Shown: positions 44,284-53,285 of the stretch, piece by piece
How the letters are laid out: each line of letters begins with the position of its first letter
Position numbering within the stretch: the first letter of the stretch is position 1
Source of the DNA: a virus
Taxonomy: Duplodnaviria > Caudoviricetes
Strand: one strand, 5' to 3'
Virus record (IMG/VR): IMGVR_UViG_3300032291_002754
Span: 1 to 57,962 of that record
Length of the DNA stretch: 57,962 nt
The notes under the pieces: model-generated
The model's input: only the letters and a program-made list of their open reading frames with translations
Told to the model about the DNA's origin: nothing
The model's database searches: none
Program-made: the position numbers and the translations under genes

Positions 44284-44610
44284 ATGCCTACCAAATCTTG
44301 GGCCGTGATCTACGAATTGAATGACCCTTCGTTCCAGAACATCATGGGCGGTCCGCACTACAACGTCGTTGACATAGACGAGGGAGAAGAGGTTGTTGCC
44401 ACCGTCTGGATTGACGATGACGCCAACAAATGCCAGCGCGATGCACTGCTTCTTGCTGCGGCCCCCAACTTACTGCGAGCCTGCGTTGACGCAATCAAAT
44501 GGGGAGAGGCGCAGGATGACACAGTGGCGCCGCGATGGATTCGACGCATGGCCAAGGCAGTGCAACTGGCACTGAATGGCGACCAGCACTCTCGGACGTT
44601 CTACGACTGA
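44284..44610 (+). CDS. Hypothetical protein with AAAPxLL motif
   Basis: DALLLAAAPNLLRAC, a common phage early-gene motif. Confidence 0.75.
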   Translation: MPTKSWAVIYELNDPSFQNIMGGPHYNVVDIDEGEEVVATVWIDDDANKCQRDALLLAAAPNLLRACVDAIKWGEAQDDTVAPRWIRRMAKAVQLALNGDQHSRTFYD

Positions 44611-44636
44611 CCTCAAACACACCGGAGAGTCTTTGC

Positions 44637-44906
44637 ATGGCCAAGTTCAAGGTCGATCTGCGCTATTCTGCGGAGTACTCCACTACTGTGGTCGTGGAGG
44701 CGCGAGACATTGAGTCTGCGCAGGAGTTACTTGAGTACGCAGATGGAGACTACATGGAGAGTCTTCTGCACTGGAAGACCATCGATTGGCAGATGCCTCA
44801 CGTCATTGACATCAACCCCACCGAAGACTGCGCGGTCTGCCAGAAGTTGATGGATCATTGTTTCAATGAGAAGCGGCAGTCTGTAGCGCGAAGAAACAGG
44901 GGGTAA
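44637..44906 (+). CDS. Hypothetical protein
   Basis: VVVEARDIESA; RBS GGAG. Confidence 0.7.
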   Translation: MAKFKVDLRYSAEYSTTVVVEARDIESAQELLEYADGDYMESLLHWKTIDWQMPHVIDINPTEDCAVCQKLMDHCFNEKRQSVARRNRG

Positions 44907-44910
44907 TGAA

Positions 44911-45195
44911 ATGTTTAACAACCTCAATGTGCAGTACCTGTTCTCCGATGGACCGTGGACGGACGGGGTTTGCAGGCGATTCATACTGTCAGTGAATGCT
45001 TGCTCCGATAGGGTCGAAAGTGAAGTCTTCGGAGAACCAAAGGAACTGAGCGATTACATGGAACTGTATGAGCATGCCATCATTCTGGTTCCAGTCAGCG
45101 ATGAGCCGTGGCGCATCCTGCCACTGACCCCATACGGTGCAAAGCAATTGGCGGCTGCGGCGACCTTCACCCAGTACAAGGAGGCAGAGGTATGA
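44911..45195 (+). CDS. Hypothetical protein
   Basis: Packed ORF. Confidence 0.65.
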   Translation: MFNNLNVQYLFSDGPWTDGVCRRFILSVNACSDRVESEVFGEPKELSDYMELYEHAIILVPVSDEPWRILPLTPYGAKQLAAAATFTQYKEAEV

Positions 45196-45494
45196 TCACC
45201 TACAAACTGTACAGCGCGGATTGCCGCAGTATCCTGCCGGTCGGATCGGAGTTCGACGCCATTCTCACACGCCGTGACAACCACGTTGAACGGCGGCGCG
45301 TCACCAAGCAGACAAGCCGCATGATGGTGACCACCGTGATCGGTGGGCCGCGTGACGGCCAAGAATGCGAGTGCATCTGGAGCGATGTCGAAGCGGATGT
45401 CGATGAGGACGGCGTGATCATCATGTCGGCTGGGTGGTGCGGCGTGTTCATGCGGATCGACAACGTGAACCGTGCCATTTGCGTTGTGGCCTAG
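45192..45494 (+). CDS. Hypothetical protein
   Basis: ATGA coupling; IGGPRDG motif. Confidence 0.65.
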   Translation: MITYKLYSADCRSILPVGSEFDAILTRRDNHVERRRVTKQTSRMMVTTVIGGPRDGQECECIWSDVEADVDEDGVIIMSAGWCGVFMRIDNVNRAICVVA

Positions 45495-45526
45495 ATTTTT
45501 TTCGTCCATCGCCCCGTTGGTTTTTT
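45493..45526 (+). promoter_or_regulatory. Early motif copy 5
   Basis: AGATTTTTTT...CGCCCCGTTGGTTTTTT. Confidence 0.75.
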
Positions 45527-45539
45527 GAAAGGAACCCAA

Positions 45540-45869
45540 ATGGCAACCTACTATCTTGCGACAGCAAACGGCTTTGACCCCTTTGACTGGTTACCAGTGG
45601 GCATTCTGAACGAACAGTCAACCCCCATAGAGGTGCGCTGCGCCAGGGTTCAAGCCGACGCCGCCGCGCGAGTCTGGGGAATCCCATCAGCGGTCGCCAT
45701 GCGCGTCATGCGCGGCGAGGTGCGTGTCAAGTGTGATGAGGAAGGCTTCATGCGGATCTACGATGACACCAAGATCATGCTGCCAGACGTTGCCGCCGGG
45801 ATACTGAGTTCCGGCACCACATACACGTCAGTCAGTGACGATGCTGACTTCGTCAGGGTCTTGGAGTAG
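45540..45869 (+). CDS. Hypothetical protein
   Basis: RBS AAGGA, start MATYY. Confidence 0.7.
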   Translation: MATYYLATANGFDPFDWLPVGILNEQSTPIEVRCARVQADAAARVWGIPSAVAMRVMRGEVRVKCDEEGFMRIYDDTKIMLPDVAAGILSSGTTYTSVSDDADFVRVLE

Positions 45870-45899
45870 ACTTCGGATCGGGGCTTGGCCCCATGGTGG

Positions 45900-45946
45900 C
45901 CCCCGCCGGGGAAAGTTGTCAGCAAGTACCCGGCGGGGGTTTTTTT
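45900..45946 (+). terminator. Rho-independent terminator
   Basis: CCCCCGCCGGG/CCCGGCGGGGG stem followed by T7. Confidence 0.8.
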
Positions 45947-45971
45947 CTGCGCTTCAAAGGGGCGTGAACGT

Positions 45972-46412
45972 ATGATCACCGTGCGAATGAACCTGTTGAA
46001 TGGCAAGCACAAGGGCCATTGGGAGATCACCTACCCAGGCGGACGGCGTGAATACGCAGACCCCGCAGAGGTGGCGCTGGTCATGCGCCAGTGCAGGCTT
46101 GTGAACGACACGGCCACTGCCAACCGCATTCACTCACGCAAGCAGAGCAAGACTCGCTGCTCTTGGGTGGAGGCCAGCCAAGTTGACGTGTGGAGCAGTA
46201 CCTATTCGATGAGGTACACCACTCTCTTTGAACACACGCTCCTGTCCTACGATCCGCACGTTCGGCCTCACTGGGTTCGCACTGCGGTGTCACTGTATGC
46301 GAGTCACGTTTCGACGGCTGACGGCGAGGTCTTTCCGCTTCTGCGCACAGATGGAACAAAGATATTTTTCAGCCCCTCCGAAACCACAGACTTTTATCGC
46401 GCGGGCAAGTGA
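45972..46412 (+). CDS. Hypothetical protein
   Basis: Start MITVRMNL; YDPH motif. Confidence 0.7.
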   Translation: MITVRMNLLNGKHKGHWEITYPGGRREYADPAEVALVMRQCRLVNDTATANRIHSRKQSKTRCSWVEASQVDVWSSTYSMRYTTLFEHTLLSYDPHVRPHWVRTAVSLYASHVSTADGEVFPLLRTDGTKIFFSPSETTDFYRAGK

Positions 46413-46436
46413 CCAGACGCTTCGGGCTGTAGGAAC

Positions 46437-46470
46437 GAATTAAAAATCACGCGAGCGCCCCGTTAGTTTT
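46437..46470 (+). promoter_or_regulatory. Early motif copy 6
   Basis: AATTAAAAAT...CGCCCCGTTAGTTTT. Confidence 0.75.
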
Positions 46471-46484
46471 CCGGAGGAACATCA

Positions 46485-46715
46485 ATGGACGCACCAAACA
46501 TCCCACAACAACAGACAGCCGGACTCACCGTTGGGTCATTGCGCTATTTGCTGGAAGGCTTGGACGATATGACGCCCATCGGCGTTGCGTGGCAGGACGG
46601 TGAAGTACCCGGCGATGACGCTCCGGCAGTCTCGGTGTTCGGGTTTCGGCGCGACCGCCACAACTGCCAGTCGGTCGATGTGCTTGTTGGTCTTGCATGG
46701 ATGGGCGATGAGTGA
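46485..46715 (+). CDS. Hypothetical protein
   Basis: LTVGSLRYLLEGLDD; RBS GGAGG. Confidence 0.75.
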   Translation: MDAPNIPQQQTAGLTVGSLRYLLEGLDDMTPIGVAWQDGEVPGDDAPAVSVFGFRRDRHNCQSVDVLVGLAWMGDE

Positions 46716-46748
46716 CCGCACACCCTTTCTTGACAGGAGGAACATCAA

Positions 46749-46976
46749 ATGCCCACGCCAGATCACACTGACGATAGCAGGCTGTTCAGCATCGACGTTG
46801 TCCGGAGGCGCATTGCGGAGTGGGTTGCGTCTATTGCTTCCATCGATGAACTGGCTGCAATGTGGTCGGAGTTTGAGCCAAGTGCGCCAGTCCAACTGTT
46901 CGACAGAGCCATGAGAGAACTCTCTGACATCTACCATGACGGCGAGAGAGTACCCTATCAAAGAGGTGACAAATGA
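46749..46976 (+). CDS. Hypothetical protein
   Basis: RBS AGGAGG. Confidence 0.7.
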   Translation: MPTPDHTDDSRLFSIDVVRRRIAEWVASIASIDELAAMWSEFEPSAPVQLFDRAMRELSDIYHDGERVPYQRGDK

Positions 46977-47134
46977 TGCGCGTTGTCGTTGAGTTTCTGT
47001 TTGAAGACATCGAAGACCCAAACGGCGTCCGCGCCGACGAGGCGGTTGAGTTGCTTTCTCTTGGGCTGGAGGAGGCAGGGATTCACTGCGATTCATGGCA
47101 CATTGACGATGTGTACGCAGGCCAAGCCGGCTGA
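46973..47134 (+). CDS. 53 aa acidic hypothetical protein
   Basis: MMRVVVEFLFEDIEDPNG...; RBS GAGGTG; not in the ORF track. Confidence 0.65.
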   Translation: MMRVVVEFLFEDIEDPNGVRADEAVELLSLGLEEAGIHCDSWHIDDVYAGQAG

Positions 47135-47157
47135 CCAGTCTTTGAAGGGAGTCATCA

Positions 47158-47736
47158 ATGGCGCGTGTTCTTGTCGGATGCGAGTTCTCCGGTACGGTGC
47201 GGTCTGCGTTCAGAGCTGCCGGTCATGAGGCGTACAGTTGCGACCTCTTGCCGGCAGAGGATGGCGGGCCGCACCTCCAGTGTGATGTTCGCGAGGTACT
47301 CAATGACAACTGGGACTTGGCAATCTTCCACCCACCATGCACCCACCTTGCGGTCAGCGGCGCACGTCACTTCCACCGCAAGCAGGCAGAGCAAGCCGAT
47401 GCGCTGGAGTTCGTTCGCGCCCTGCTGAACGCACCGATTCCGCGGATTGCACTGGAGAATCCCGTGTCTGTGATCAGCACACGCATTCGCAAACCCACCC
47501 AGATTCTACAGCCGTACATGTTCGGCCACCCGGAGAGCAAGAAGACGTGCCTCTGGTTGGTGAACCTTCCGGCCCTGCGTCCGACAGATATCATGAGGAA
47601 CCGTGGGCGCTGGGAGAACCAGACGCCAAGCGGGCAGAACAAACTTGGCCCGTCGCCAGACCGATGGAAGATCCGGAGCCGCACATATCCCGGCATTGCC
47701 AACGCAATGGCCGTTCAATGGGGAGAAATACTATGA
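47158..47736 (+). CDS. Small DNA cytosine-C5 methyltransferase-like protein
   Basis: VLVGCEFSG, HPPCT, ENP, RSRTYPGIA. Confidence 0.85.
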   Translation: MARVLVGCEFSGTVRSAFRAAGHEAYSCDLLPAEDGGPHLQCDVREVLNDNWDLAIFHPPCTHLAVSGARHFHRKQAEQADALEFVRALLNAPIPRIALENPVSVISTRIRKPTQILQPYMFGHPESKKTCLWLVNLPALRPTDIMRNRGRWENQTPSGQNKLGPSPDRWKIRSRTYPGIANAMAVQWGEIL

Positions 47737-47978
47737 CGCTTGAGGAGTTCGTAGCCACCCGCACCAGGGAAGAGTCCATTGGTGAGCGCATCGGGTCGCC
47801 TCACATGCAGACGGGTGGGTTCCTGTACTGCGGCGTCTACTACATCTGCGATCCGCTGGAAGACGGTCAGTACTGGACGATACTGGGCAATCAACAGCCG
47901 TCCGGAACTCTGGATTACTGCGAGCAACGACTGTACGAATGGGCCAAGGCCAACGAGGGTTGGGGCGACAGCCACTGA
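47733..47978 (+). CDS. Hypothetical protein
   Basis: ATGA coupling, start MTLEEF. Confidence 0.7.
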   Translation: MTLEEFVATRTREESIGERIGSPHMQTGGFLYCGVYYICDPLEDGQYWTILGNQQPSGTLDYCEQRLYEWAKANEGWGDSH

Positions 47979-48007
47979 CTCCATTCCAAGACATCATCAA
48001 GGGGTAA

Positions 48008-48256
48008 GTGATGCCACGGGTTTCTGTATGCACCAACTTGGCCGATAAAGAGAGACTGGGCGCTCGTTTCTCTGGTGAGAACAACAATCTGGACTACTGC
48101 CGCAAGTGTTATGCGGCCCTGACAGAGTCGGTCATTGCGCTCCATCACGGCGTGTCGGTAGACGCTGTGGATATGGGAGCGGACCACCCGTACTACGCAG
48201 ACGATGACTACTCCTGCGAGAGGTGCGGCAAGAGGCTGGGCATATCTGACGAGTAG
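48008..48256 (+). CDS. Small Zn-binding protein
   Basis: CRKC...CERCG. Confidence 0.7.
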   Translation: MMPRVSVCTNLADKERLGARFSGENNNLDYCRKCYAALTESVIALHHGVSVDAVDMGADHPYYADDDYSCERCGKRLGISDE

Positions 48257-48271
48257 TCTTCTCGCGGTTTC

Positions 48272-48305
48272 GGAAAATTTCTTTTCACCGCCCCGTTAGT
48301 TTTTT
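48272..48305 (+). promoter_or_regulatory. Early motif copy 7
   Basis: GGAAAATTT...CGCCCCGTTAGTTTTTT. Confidence 0.75.
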
Positions 48306-48349
48306 GGGTGCGCGCTTGCGCGCCGAGCCTTCCGCAACAGGAGATAGCC

Positions 48350-48727
48350 GTGTCTTTGAATTGGGATGTCACCGCATGCGAGCCGCCGGCCAACTTCGAC
48401 AACCCGGGCGATACCAACCGCTTGGACAGCCTCATCTGGGGTGCGTTGTACGTTGACATTGGCACAATCACTAACGCAAACATTGAGGAGTGGGTGTGGA
48501 GGGTGGAGTTCCTGCGCCGCTCTCTTGGCGATGGAAAATCTCCGTTCACCCTGCGGTATGCAGATGGCCGTGAACAGAAGTTGCACCGAGCCGATCTTCG
48601 TCGGTGGGTTGGACTACGCACCAACGTGACAACGACCTCACGCAAGAAGTTCATCAAGAAGGTCATGGATCAAATGGTGCAGCAGGTGAATGCGATTGTC
48701 GCTGCAAAGATGAAGGAGGAGGAGTGA
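48350..48727 (+). CDS. Hypothetical protein
   Basis: GTG after AGGAG; SLNWD...GLRTNV. Confidence 0.75.
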   Translation: MSLNWDVTACEPPANFDNPGDTNRLDSLIWGALYVDIGTITNANIEEWVWRVEFLRRSLGDGKSPFTLRYADGREQKLHRADLRRWVGLRTNVTTTSRKKFIKKVMDQMVQQVNAIVAAKMKEEE

Positions 48728-48963
48728 TGAATAAGCAGAGGGTCAAGAACCTTCGGGCATGGGCGCTGTCCAAGTGCCGCGAGTGGAATTGGAATGTCAA
48801 TCTCGCAGAGATAGCGGCACAGTTGATTGACGAGGACATCGGCACTGACTCCGAAGAGTTTGCTGCGCTTGGCAGTGCGTTTGAGGAGTTCTTTGGACCC
48901 TCTGACCAAAATGCCAAGCACAACTGGGAGATCGTCGGTCACATCATTGAACAGTTTTCCTAA
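48727..48963 (+). CDS. Hypothetical protein
   Basis: RBS GGAGG, TGATG coupling. Confidence 0.7.
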   Translation: MNKQRVKNLRAWALSKCREWNWNVNLAEIAAQLIDEDIGTDSEEFAALGSAFEEFFGPSDQNAKHNWEIVGHIIEQFS

Positions 48964-48977
48964 CAGGAGGTGATGCG

Positions 48978-49238
48978 ATGCCGTGGGCAAGGTTGAGATA
49001 CATCGCGGTTGAGATTGACGATCATCCCAAATACCCGTTCGTCGTTACCGCATGGCGGAACGTCGGAGACATCTACTGCGGCGACAGGTTCTCCCGAAGT
49101 GTGGGGGATATTCTGATCGAAGCGTGGCGGGAAGACGGCATTGAGGTCAGCGTGACAGCGGCTTCCTCTGAAGAGGGAGGTTATGAGACGTATGCAGAAA
49201 CTACGCCTGTCAGTCCGCCCGATCTGGGCGCTGGGTAA
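48978..49238 (+). CDS. Hypothetical protein
   Basis: RBS AGGAGG. Confidence 0.65.
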   Translation: MPWARLRYIAVEIDDHPKYPFVVTAWRNVGDIYCGDRFSRSVGDILIEAWREDGIEVSVTAASSEEGGYETYAETTPVSPPDLGAG

Positions 49239-49347
49239 AGGTCACCCGGCCAAGATCAGCGGGGCCGGCGCGCACTCCGACCGCAGGACACGCCGCCTGC
49301 GGACACGCGGAGATCAACGGCGGCGTTCTGTGGAGGATGGCCAGTGA
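49183..49347 (+). CDS. 54 aa Arg-rich protein
   Basis: SGAGAHSDRRTRRLRTRG; RBS GGAGG; not in the ORF track. Confidence 0.65.
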   Translation: MRRMQKLRLSVRPIWALGKGHPAKISGAGAHSDRRTRRLRTRGDQRRRSVEDGQ

Positions 49348-49547
49348 GCGTCATTGACAAGATGACAGATGCGGATGTGCGACAGGCGCTTTCTCTCTTG
49401 TTCAATGCAAGAGAGTTGCTTCTGAAGTGCCTGCGGAGGGCATACCCAAATGCTACCCCGGGCTATCTGGAGTACGAAGTCGGTCGCGAAATCGGGCAGT
49501 ACCTTGACCGCGTTGGATACAACCCCTTCCAAGAACAGGAGGACTGA
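49344..49547 (+). CDS. Hypothetical protein
   Basis: GTGA coupling. Confidence 0.65.
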   Translation: MSVIDKMTDADVRQALSLLFNARELLLKCLRRAYPNATPGYLEYEVGREIGQYLDRVGYNPFQEQED

Positions 49548-49742
49548 ATGCCCTTGCCTAAGTTCACATCGAAGGTTCGGCGTGGGATGTGGCTGATCGT
49601 AGCCAGATCCCCAACCGTGATGATGGCAGAGGAGTCGGACGTTGGGTTTGACAAGGAGGATCGCGAGGCCGTCCTGGCTGCGAGCCGGTACGCCGAGGCG
49701 CACTGGCACCCCGATCCCGTAGAGAAGCACTTGGTTGATTGA
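49548..49742 (+). CDS. Hypothetical protein
   Basis: RBS GGAGG. Confidence 0.65.
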   Translation: MPLPKFTSKVRRGMWLIVARSPTVMMAEESDVGFDKEDREAVLAASRYAEAHWHPDPVEKHLVD

Positions 49743-49769
49743 CAGTAGCGCGAGAACGCGGCGGGTTGT

Positions 49770-49801
49770 AAAATTAATTTCAACAAACGCCCCGTTAGTT
49801 T
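49770..49801 (+). promoter_or_regulatory. Early motif copy 8
   Basis: AAAATTAATTT...CGCCCCGTTAGTTT. Confidence 0.75.
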
Positions 49802-49837
49802 CATGGATCGATGAAGTTTTCCCTTGGAGGTATGAGC

Positions 49838-50566
49838 ATGACCGGCATGATTCTGCACTGTGGCGGCGAGATCGTTGACCGCAATCAGATCGAAGACGTT
49901 TCCACCCCCAGCGCCACCAAGACGTGGCAGCCTGTGCCTCACAAGACGGTGATCGAACTGGTGGAGAAGAGCCTTGAAGGCTCCGGCCTCCCGATCACCG
50001 ACAGTTCCTTTGCCCTTGCCAAGAACGGCAATCGGATGTTCGGAGTGATCACCCTTGCCGGCGGCACCGACTATGCCACCGTCATCGGCGTTCGCAACAG
50101 CCATGACAAGTCGTTCCCCGTGTCCTTCTGCCTTGGTTCGCGGGTGTTTGTCTGCGACAACCTCGCCTTCTCGGCCGAGGTCACTGTCAAGACCATGCAC
50201 ACCCGCCTTGTGTTCGACCGCCTTCCTGGCACCATCAACGATGGCATTGCCAAGCTGGTGGCCGCGCGTGGCCGGCAGTCTGCCCGTATCGAAGCCTACA
50301 AGAACACGGCGGTGAACGGCCTGCCTCACCTCCATGATCTTGTCATTCGTTCCTACCGTGCCGGTGCGATCCCGGCGCGTGCCATCCCCGATGTGATTGC
50401 TGAGTACGATGCCCCGCGGCATCTGGAGTTCTGCGACCAGAACCTCTGGTCGTACTTCAACTGCGTGACCGAGGTGCTGAAGGAGTACGGCGATCTGCCT
50501 CGCCGCACCCAGCGCCTGCACGGCGTGGCCGACAGCGCCTGCGGCGGTCTGCTGCTTGCGGTCTAG
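49838..50566 (+). CDS. DUF932-family protein
   Basis: PVPH, RNSHDKS, RVFVCDNLAF, NLWSYFN. Confidence 0.85.
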   Translation: MTGMILHCGGEIVDRNQIEDVSTPSATKTWQPVPHKTVIELVEKSLEGSGLPITDSSFALAKNGNRMFGVITLAGGTDYATVIGVRNSHDKSFPVSFCLGSRVFVCDNLAFSAEVTVKTMHTRLVFDRLPGTINDGIAKLVAARGRQSARIEAYKNTAVNGLPHLHDLVIRSYRAGAIPARAIPDVIAEYDAPRHLEFCDQNLWSYFNCVTEVLKEYGDLPRRTQRLHGVADSACGGLLLAV

Positions 50567-50581
50567 GAACGATTGGAACTT

Positions 50582-50609
50582 GGGGGCGGCGTATCTGTGC
50601 GCCGCCCCC
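50582..50609 (+). terminator. GC-rich hairpin after DUF932
   Basis: GGGGGCGGCG/CGCCGCCCCC; no T tail. Confidence 0.45.
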
Positions 50610-50629
50610 TGCTACCCCCGGAGAATTGC

Positions 50630-51082
50630 ATGTCCTCTTTGCGTTACTCGCTGGCCTGCCTCGCTAACGAAGACCCGTTCGACCTACTGAAACGCACACT
50701 TGAGGCGTTGTTCCTTGAGTCGCTTCATGGCCATGAAAACAAAGATGCGATTGCATGCGTCGTGAACGCCATTCAGAAATACCGTGCAGGCTGTGATGAC
50801 GAGGACGATAATGGCGCAACGCTGAACGGCGGATCTTGGACTCACACGGGTGAGGGCGCCGAGATGTACTATCACCAAGCGTACATGAACGCGGCCAAGA
50901 GGAACGACATCTACGCATCCGAAGAGGATGGCGTCATGTGCGACTACCTTCCGATTGAATGCTTCTGGCATCGCAAGGAGTTGGCGGAACTTGCCCTTCT
51001 TGATCTGGGCCACGGCGTTTCTGTTCGACGGGAACTGACTAGGCTCGCCAAGGAGCATGCTGATTCGCAGGCCCGCAAGTAG
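50630..51082 (+). CDS. Hypothetical protein
   Basis: RBS GGAG, start MSSLRY. Confidence 0.7.
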   Translation: MSSLRYSLACLANEDPFDLLKRTLEALFLESLHGHENKDAIACVVNAIQKYRAGCDDEDDNGATLNGGSWTHTGEGAEMYYHQAYMNAAKRNDIYASEEDGVMCDYLPIECFWHRKELAELALLDLGHGVSVRRELTRLAKEHADSQARK

Positions 51083-51114
51083 TTCGGACATATCCACGGC
51101 AAGGAGGATCGACA

Positions 51115-51432
51115 GTGAAGAATAACAGGCTTGACATGGCGGCTTTCATCGCTGCCTACCAGCGGGCATACGAACAGGGGCGCACGGTTGGCGATCTCGC
51201 AAAGGAACTCGGCGTGACAGGCAACTGCCTGCACCAGCGCCGCTTTGTACTGGAGCGGAAGAAGGGCATCGTCCTGCCGACGTTGAAGCGGACGGTGGTC
51301 CGGCGGAAGTCGCGAGTCAGGCCAGCCGGCAAGGCATGGTCGGATGTTGAGATCCGCAACCCCGGCGCTGCAATGCCTGTGCGGATGCATGCTCCCGAGA
51401 CGTTCGTCATGTTTGTTGGAGGTGCTGCATGA
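51115..51432 (+). CDS. HTH DNA-binding protein
   Basis: TVGDLAKELGVT. Confidence 0.65.
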   Translation: MKNNRLDMAAFIAAYQRAYEQGRTVGDLAKELGVTGNCLHQRRFVLERKKGIVLPTLKRTVVRRKSRVRPAGKAWSDVEIRNPGAAMPVRMHAPETFVMFVGGAA

Positions 51433-51650
51433 GCGAATCACGGGTCACCATAACCGTGGAGCGCGGTGAGATTGATGCGCTCATGGAATCGCTGCGTACG
51501 CTGCGAGATCAGATGCGCAGGAGGCTGCATGACGCCAAGCCGGACACACCGGAGGGCGACTATCTTCGTGATGGACTACTGACGAATCTGTGGGTGATGG
51601 ATATCATCACCACTGGCATGAATTCATCTGCGACAAAGAGGAAGACGTGA
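51429..51650 (+). CDS. Hypothetical protein
   Basis: ATGA coupling. Confidence 0.65.
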   Translation: MSESRVTITVERGEIDALMESLRTLRDQMRRRLHDAKPDTPEGDYLRDGLLTNLWVMDIITTGMNSSATKRKT

Positions 51651-51784
51651 CATCTCGGCTCTGGCGGGACATCGTTTCGATACTGCAAGCACTGGCAACG
51701 GCCGTGCTGATGCTACTGACGGTCGAACTCACGGGCATTGCTCGTCAGTTGTTGGCCATGGCTATCACAGGGGGATCCAAATGA
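51647..51784 (+). CDS. Small membrane protein
   Basis: Hydrophobic IVSILQALATAVLMLLTV; GTGA coupling. Confidence 0.55.
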   Translation: MTSRLWRDIVSILQALATAVLMLLTVELTGIARQLLAMAITGGSK

Positions 51785-52122
51785 AGTTTGACGGCGTCGA
51801 TGAGAATACATGCGACCACCAAGTCACCTTGATGTTTGCGGACGCGCTGCGAAAGCACATCAACCGCAACGTGCGCGGCTGGAAACGGCACTGCAACAAT
51901 GCGGACATTGATTTCACAGAGGCTCCGGTCCTGTCGGCCATTACAATGCTGTGGCTGGAGTCAGTCGCAGGCACGTTTGGCATGGCAGCGTTTGAGAGTG
52001 CCGTTCAATTGTCATCCGATCTTCGGCCCTCTGATCCTGACGTTGAGAGGACTATGCGTCAGGCGGCGAGCGACTTCCTTCGCCGTTCGGAATGGCTCGC
52101 CAAGAAAGCGGGTGCCAATTGA
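51781..52122 (+). CDS. Hypothetical protein
   Basis: Packed ORF. Confidence 0.65.
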   Translation: MKFDGVDENTCDHQVTLMFADALRKHINRNVRGWKRHCNNADIDFTEAPVLSAITMLWLESVAGTFGMAAFESAVQLSSDLRPSDPDVERTMRQAASDFLRRSEWLAKKAGAN

Positions 52123-52463
52123 GACGCCAAGAATACATTTGCACTGGCGGGGCAGGCGATCCTCTCCGCTTGTTCGTTGTGCCTGTTGACGAGGACACGC
52201 TGAAGTTATGCGGCGATCCAGTGGAATGGACAGCGCATGTACCGCAGTCGGAGGTGGAGCTTGCCGTTGTCTGCTATCAAGAGGACCGCAACAAGGATCG
52301 CTATGGACCGCTATCGGACATCACGCCGCCGGATCAGTTCAAGGTTGTTGCTAGGTACTGGCATTCCGAGGAACTGCCTAACATCGACGGCAATCAAAAT
52401 ACCGCTGCCGTCATAGAGCGTCTGATCCGAGACGGCATTCTCCGGAACGGTGCCGATGACTGA
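52119..52463 (+). CDS. Hypothetical protein
   Basis: GGAGDPL; likely TTG start overlapping the upstream stop. Confidence 0.55.
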   Translation: MRRQEYICTGGAGDPLRLFVVPVDEDTLKLCGDPVEWTAHVPQSEVELAVVCYQEDRNKDRYGPLSDITPPDQFKVVARYWHSEELPNIDGNQNTAAVIERLIRDGILRNGADD

Positions 52464-52517
52464 GGCCATCGTCGCAGTGGCGGCATGGTTAATCATTCTG
52501 TTCGTAGCGAGGAAGTC

Positions 52518-53285
52518 ATGAGCAAGGTGTTCGGTTACGCCCGCGTTTCAACTGACGATCAAGCCAACAGCGCGGAGGCGCAGGAGCGGAAGATCCGCGA
52601 CTATGCGGCCAAGGAGGGCCTGGTGTTGGAACACATCTACGTTGACGAGGACGTGACCGGACGAATCCCACTACGCAATCGGCCGCAAGGCAAGTTGCTG
52701 TGGGAACGCATGGAGGCGGGCGACACGCTGTGCTTCTGCCGGATTGACCGTGTGTTCCGTAGTATGCGAGATGCATCGGACACCGCGTACAACTGGCGGA
52801 AGGACGGCATTGCCGTCATCATCCTTGATCTCAACATCAATCTGAGCGAGCCTGCCGGCCGGCTGTTCTTCCACCAGTTGGCTTCGTTCGCTGAGTTTGA
52901 GCGCGAACTGAACGGGCAGCGCGTACGCGAGGTGAAGAAGTTTCTTTCCGACAACGGTCGGCCTCACGGCAATCGCCCTTTCGGTTGGCGGCGCGACCGT
53001 CCCGGCAAGGGTGCGTCTTTTGTTCCTTGCCAGCAGGAGAGGGAACTCGCTGACCGCGTGAGTTCTTGGCATGATCACGGCCGGAGTTACCGCGAGATCG
53101 CCCTCGCTTTGTACTACCAGAAGGTTGCGAAGCCTGGCAAGAAGTGGTCGGAGCAGGGCAGGGGGATTCACTACTCTCACCGGGACGTTCACCGCTTGGT
53201 GCTGGCGCGTCAGCGTGGATACCCAATTTGCTCGCGAGAGTCCTTGCGAGTCTGCGAGACGCCATCGACGCAGAGCGCATGTTGA
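52518..53285 (+). CDS. Serine recombinase (resolvase/invertase catalytic domain plus short recombinase-like domain)
   Basis: GYARVSTDDQ, RIDRVFRS, AEFERE, RPFGW. Confidence 0.92.
   Translation: MSKVFGYARVSTDDQANSAEAQERKIRDYAAKEGLVLEHIYVDEDVTGRIPLRNRPQGKLLWERMEAGDTLCFCRIDRVFRSMRDASDTAYNWRKDGIAVIILDLNINLSEPAGRLFFHQLASFAEFERELNGQRVREVKKFLSDNGRPHGNRPFGWRRDRPGKGASFVPCQQERELADRVSSWHDHGRSYREIALALYYQKVAKPGKKWSEQGRGIHYSHRDVHRLVLARQRGYPICSRESLRVCETPSTQSAC

Noticed and set aside
41516-49801. CRISPR array interpretation of the 8-copy motif
   Set aside because: Copies are short, up to ~1.9 kb apart, mostly separated by genes, and there are no cas genes
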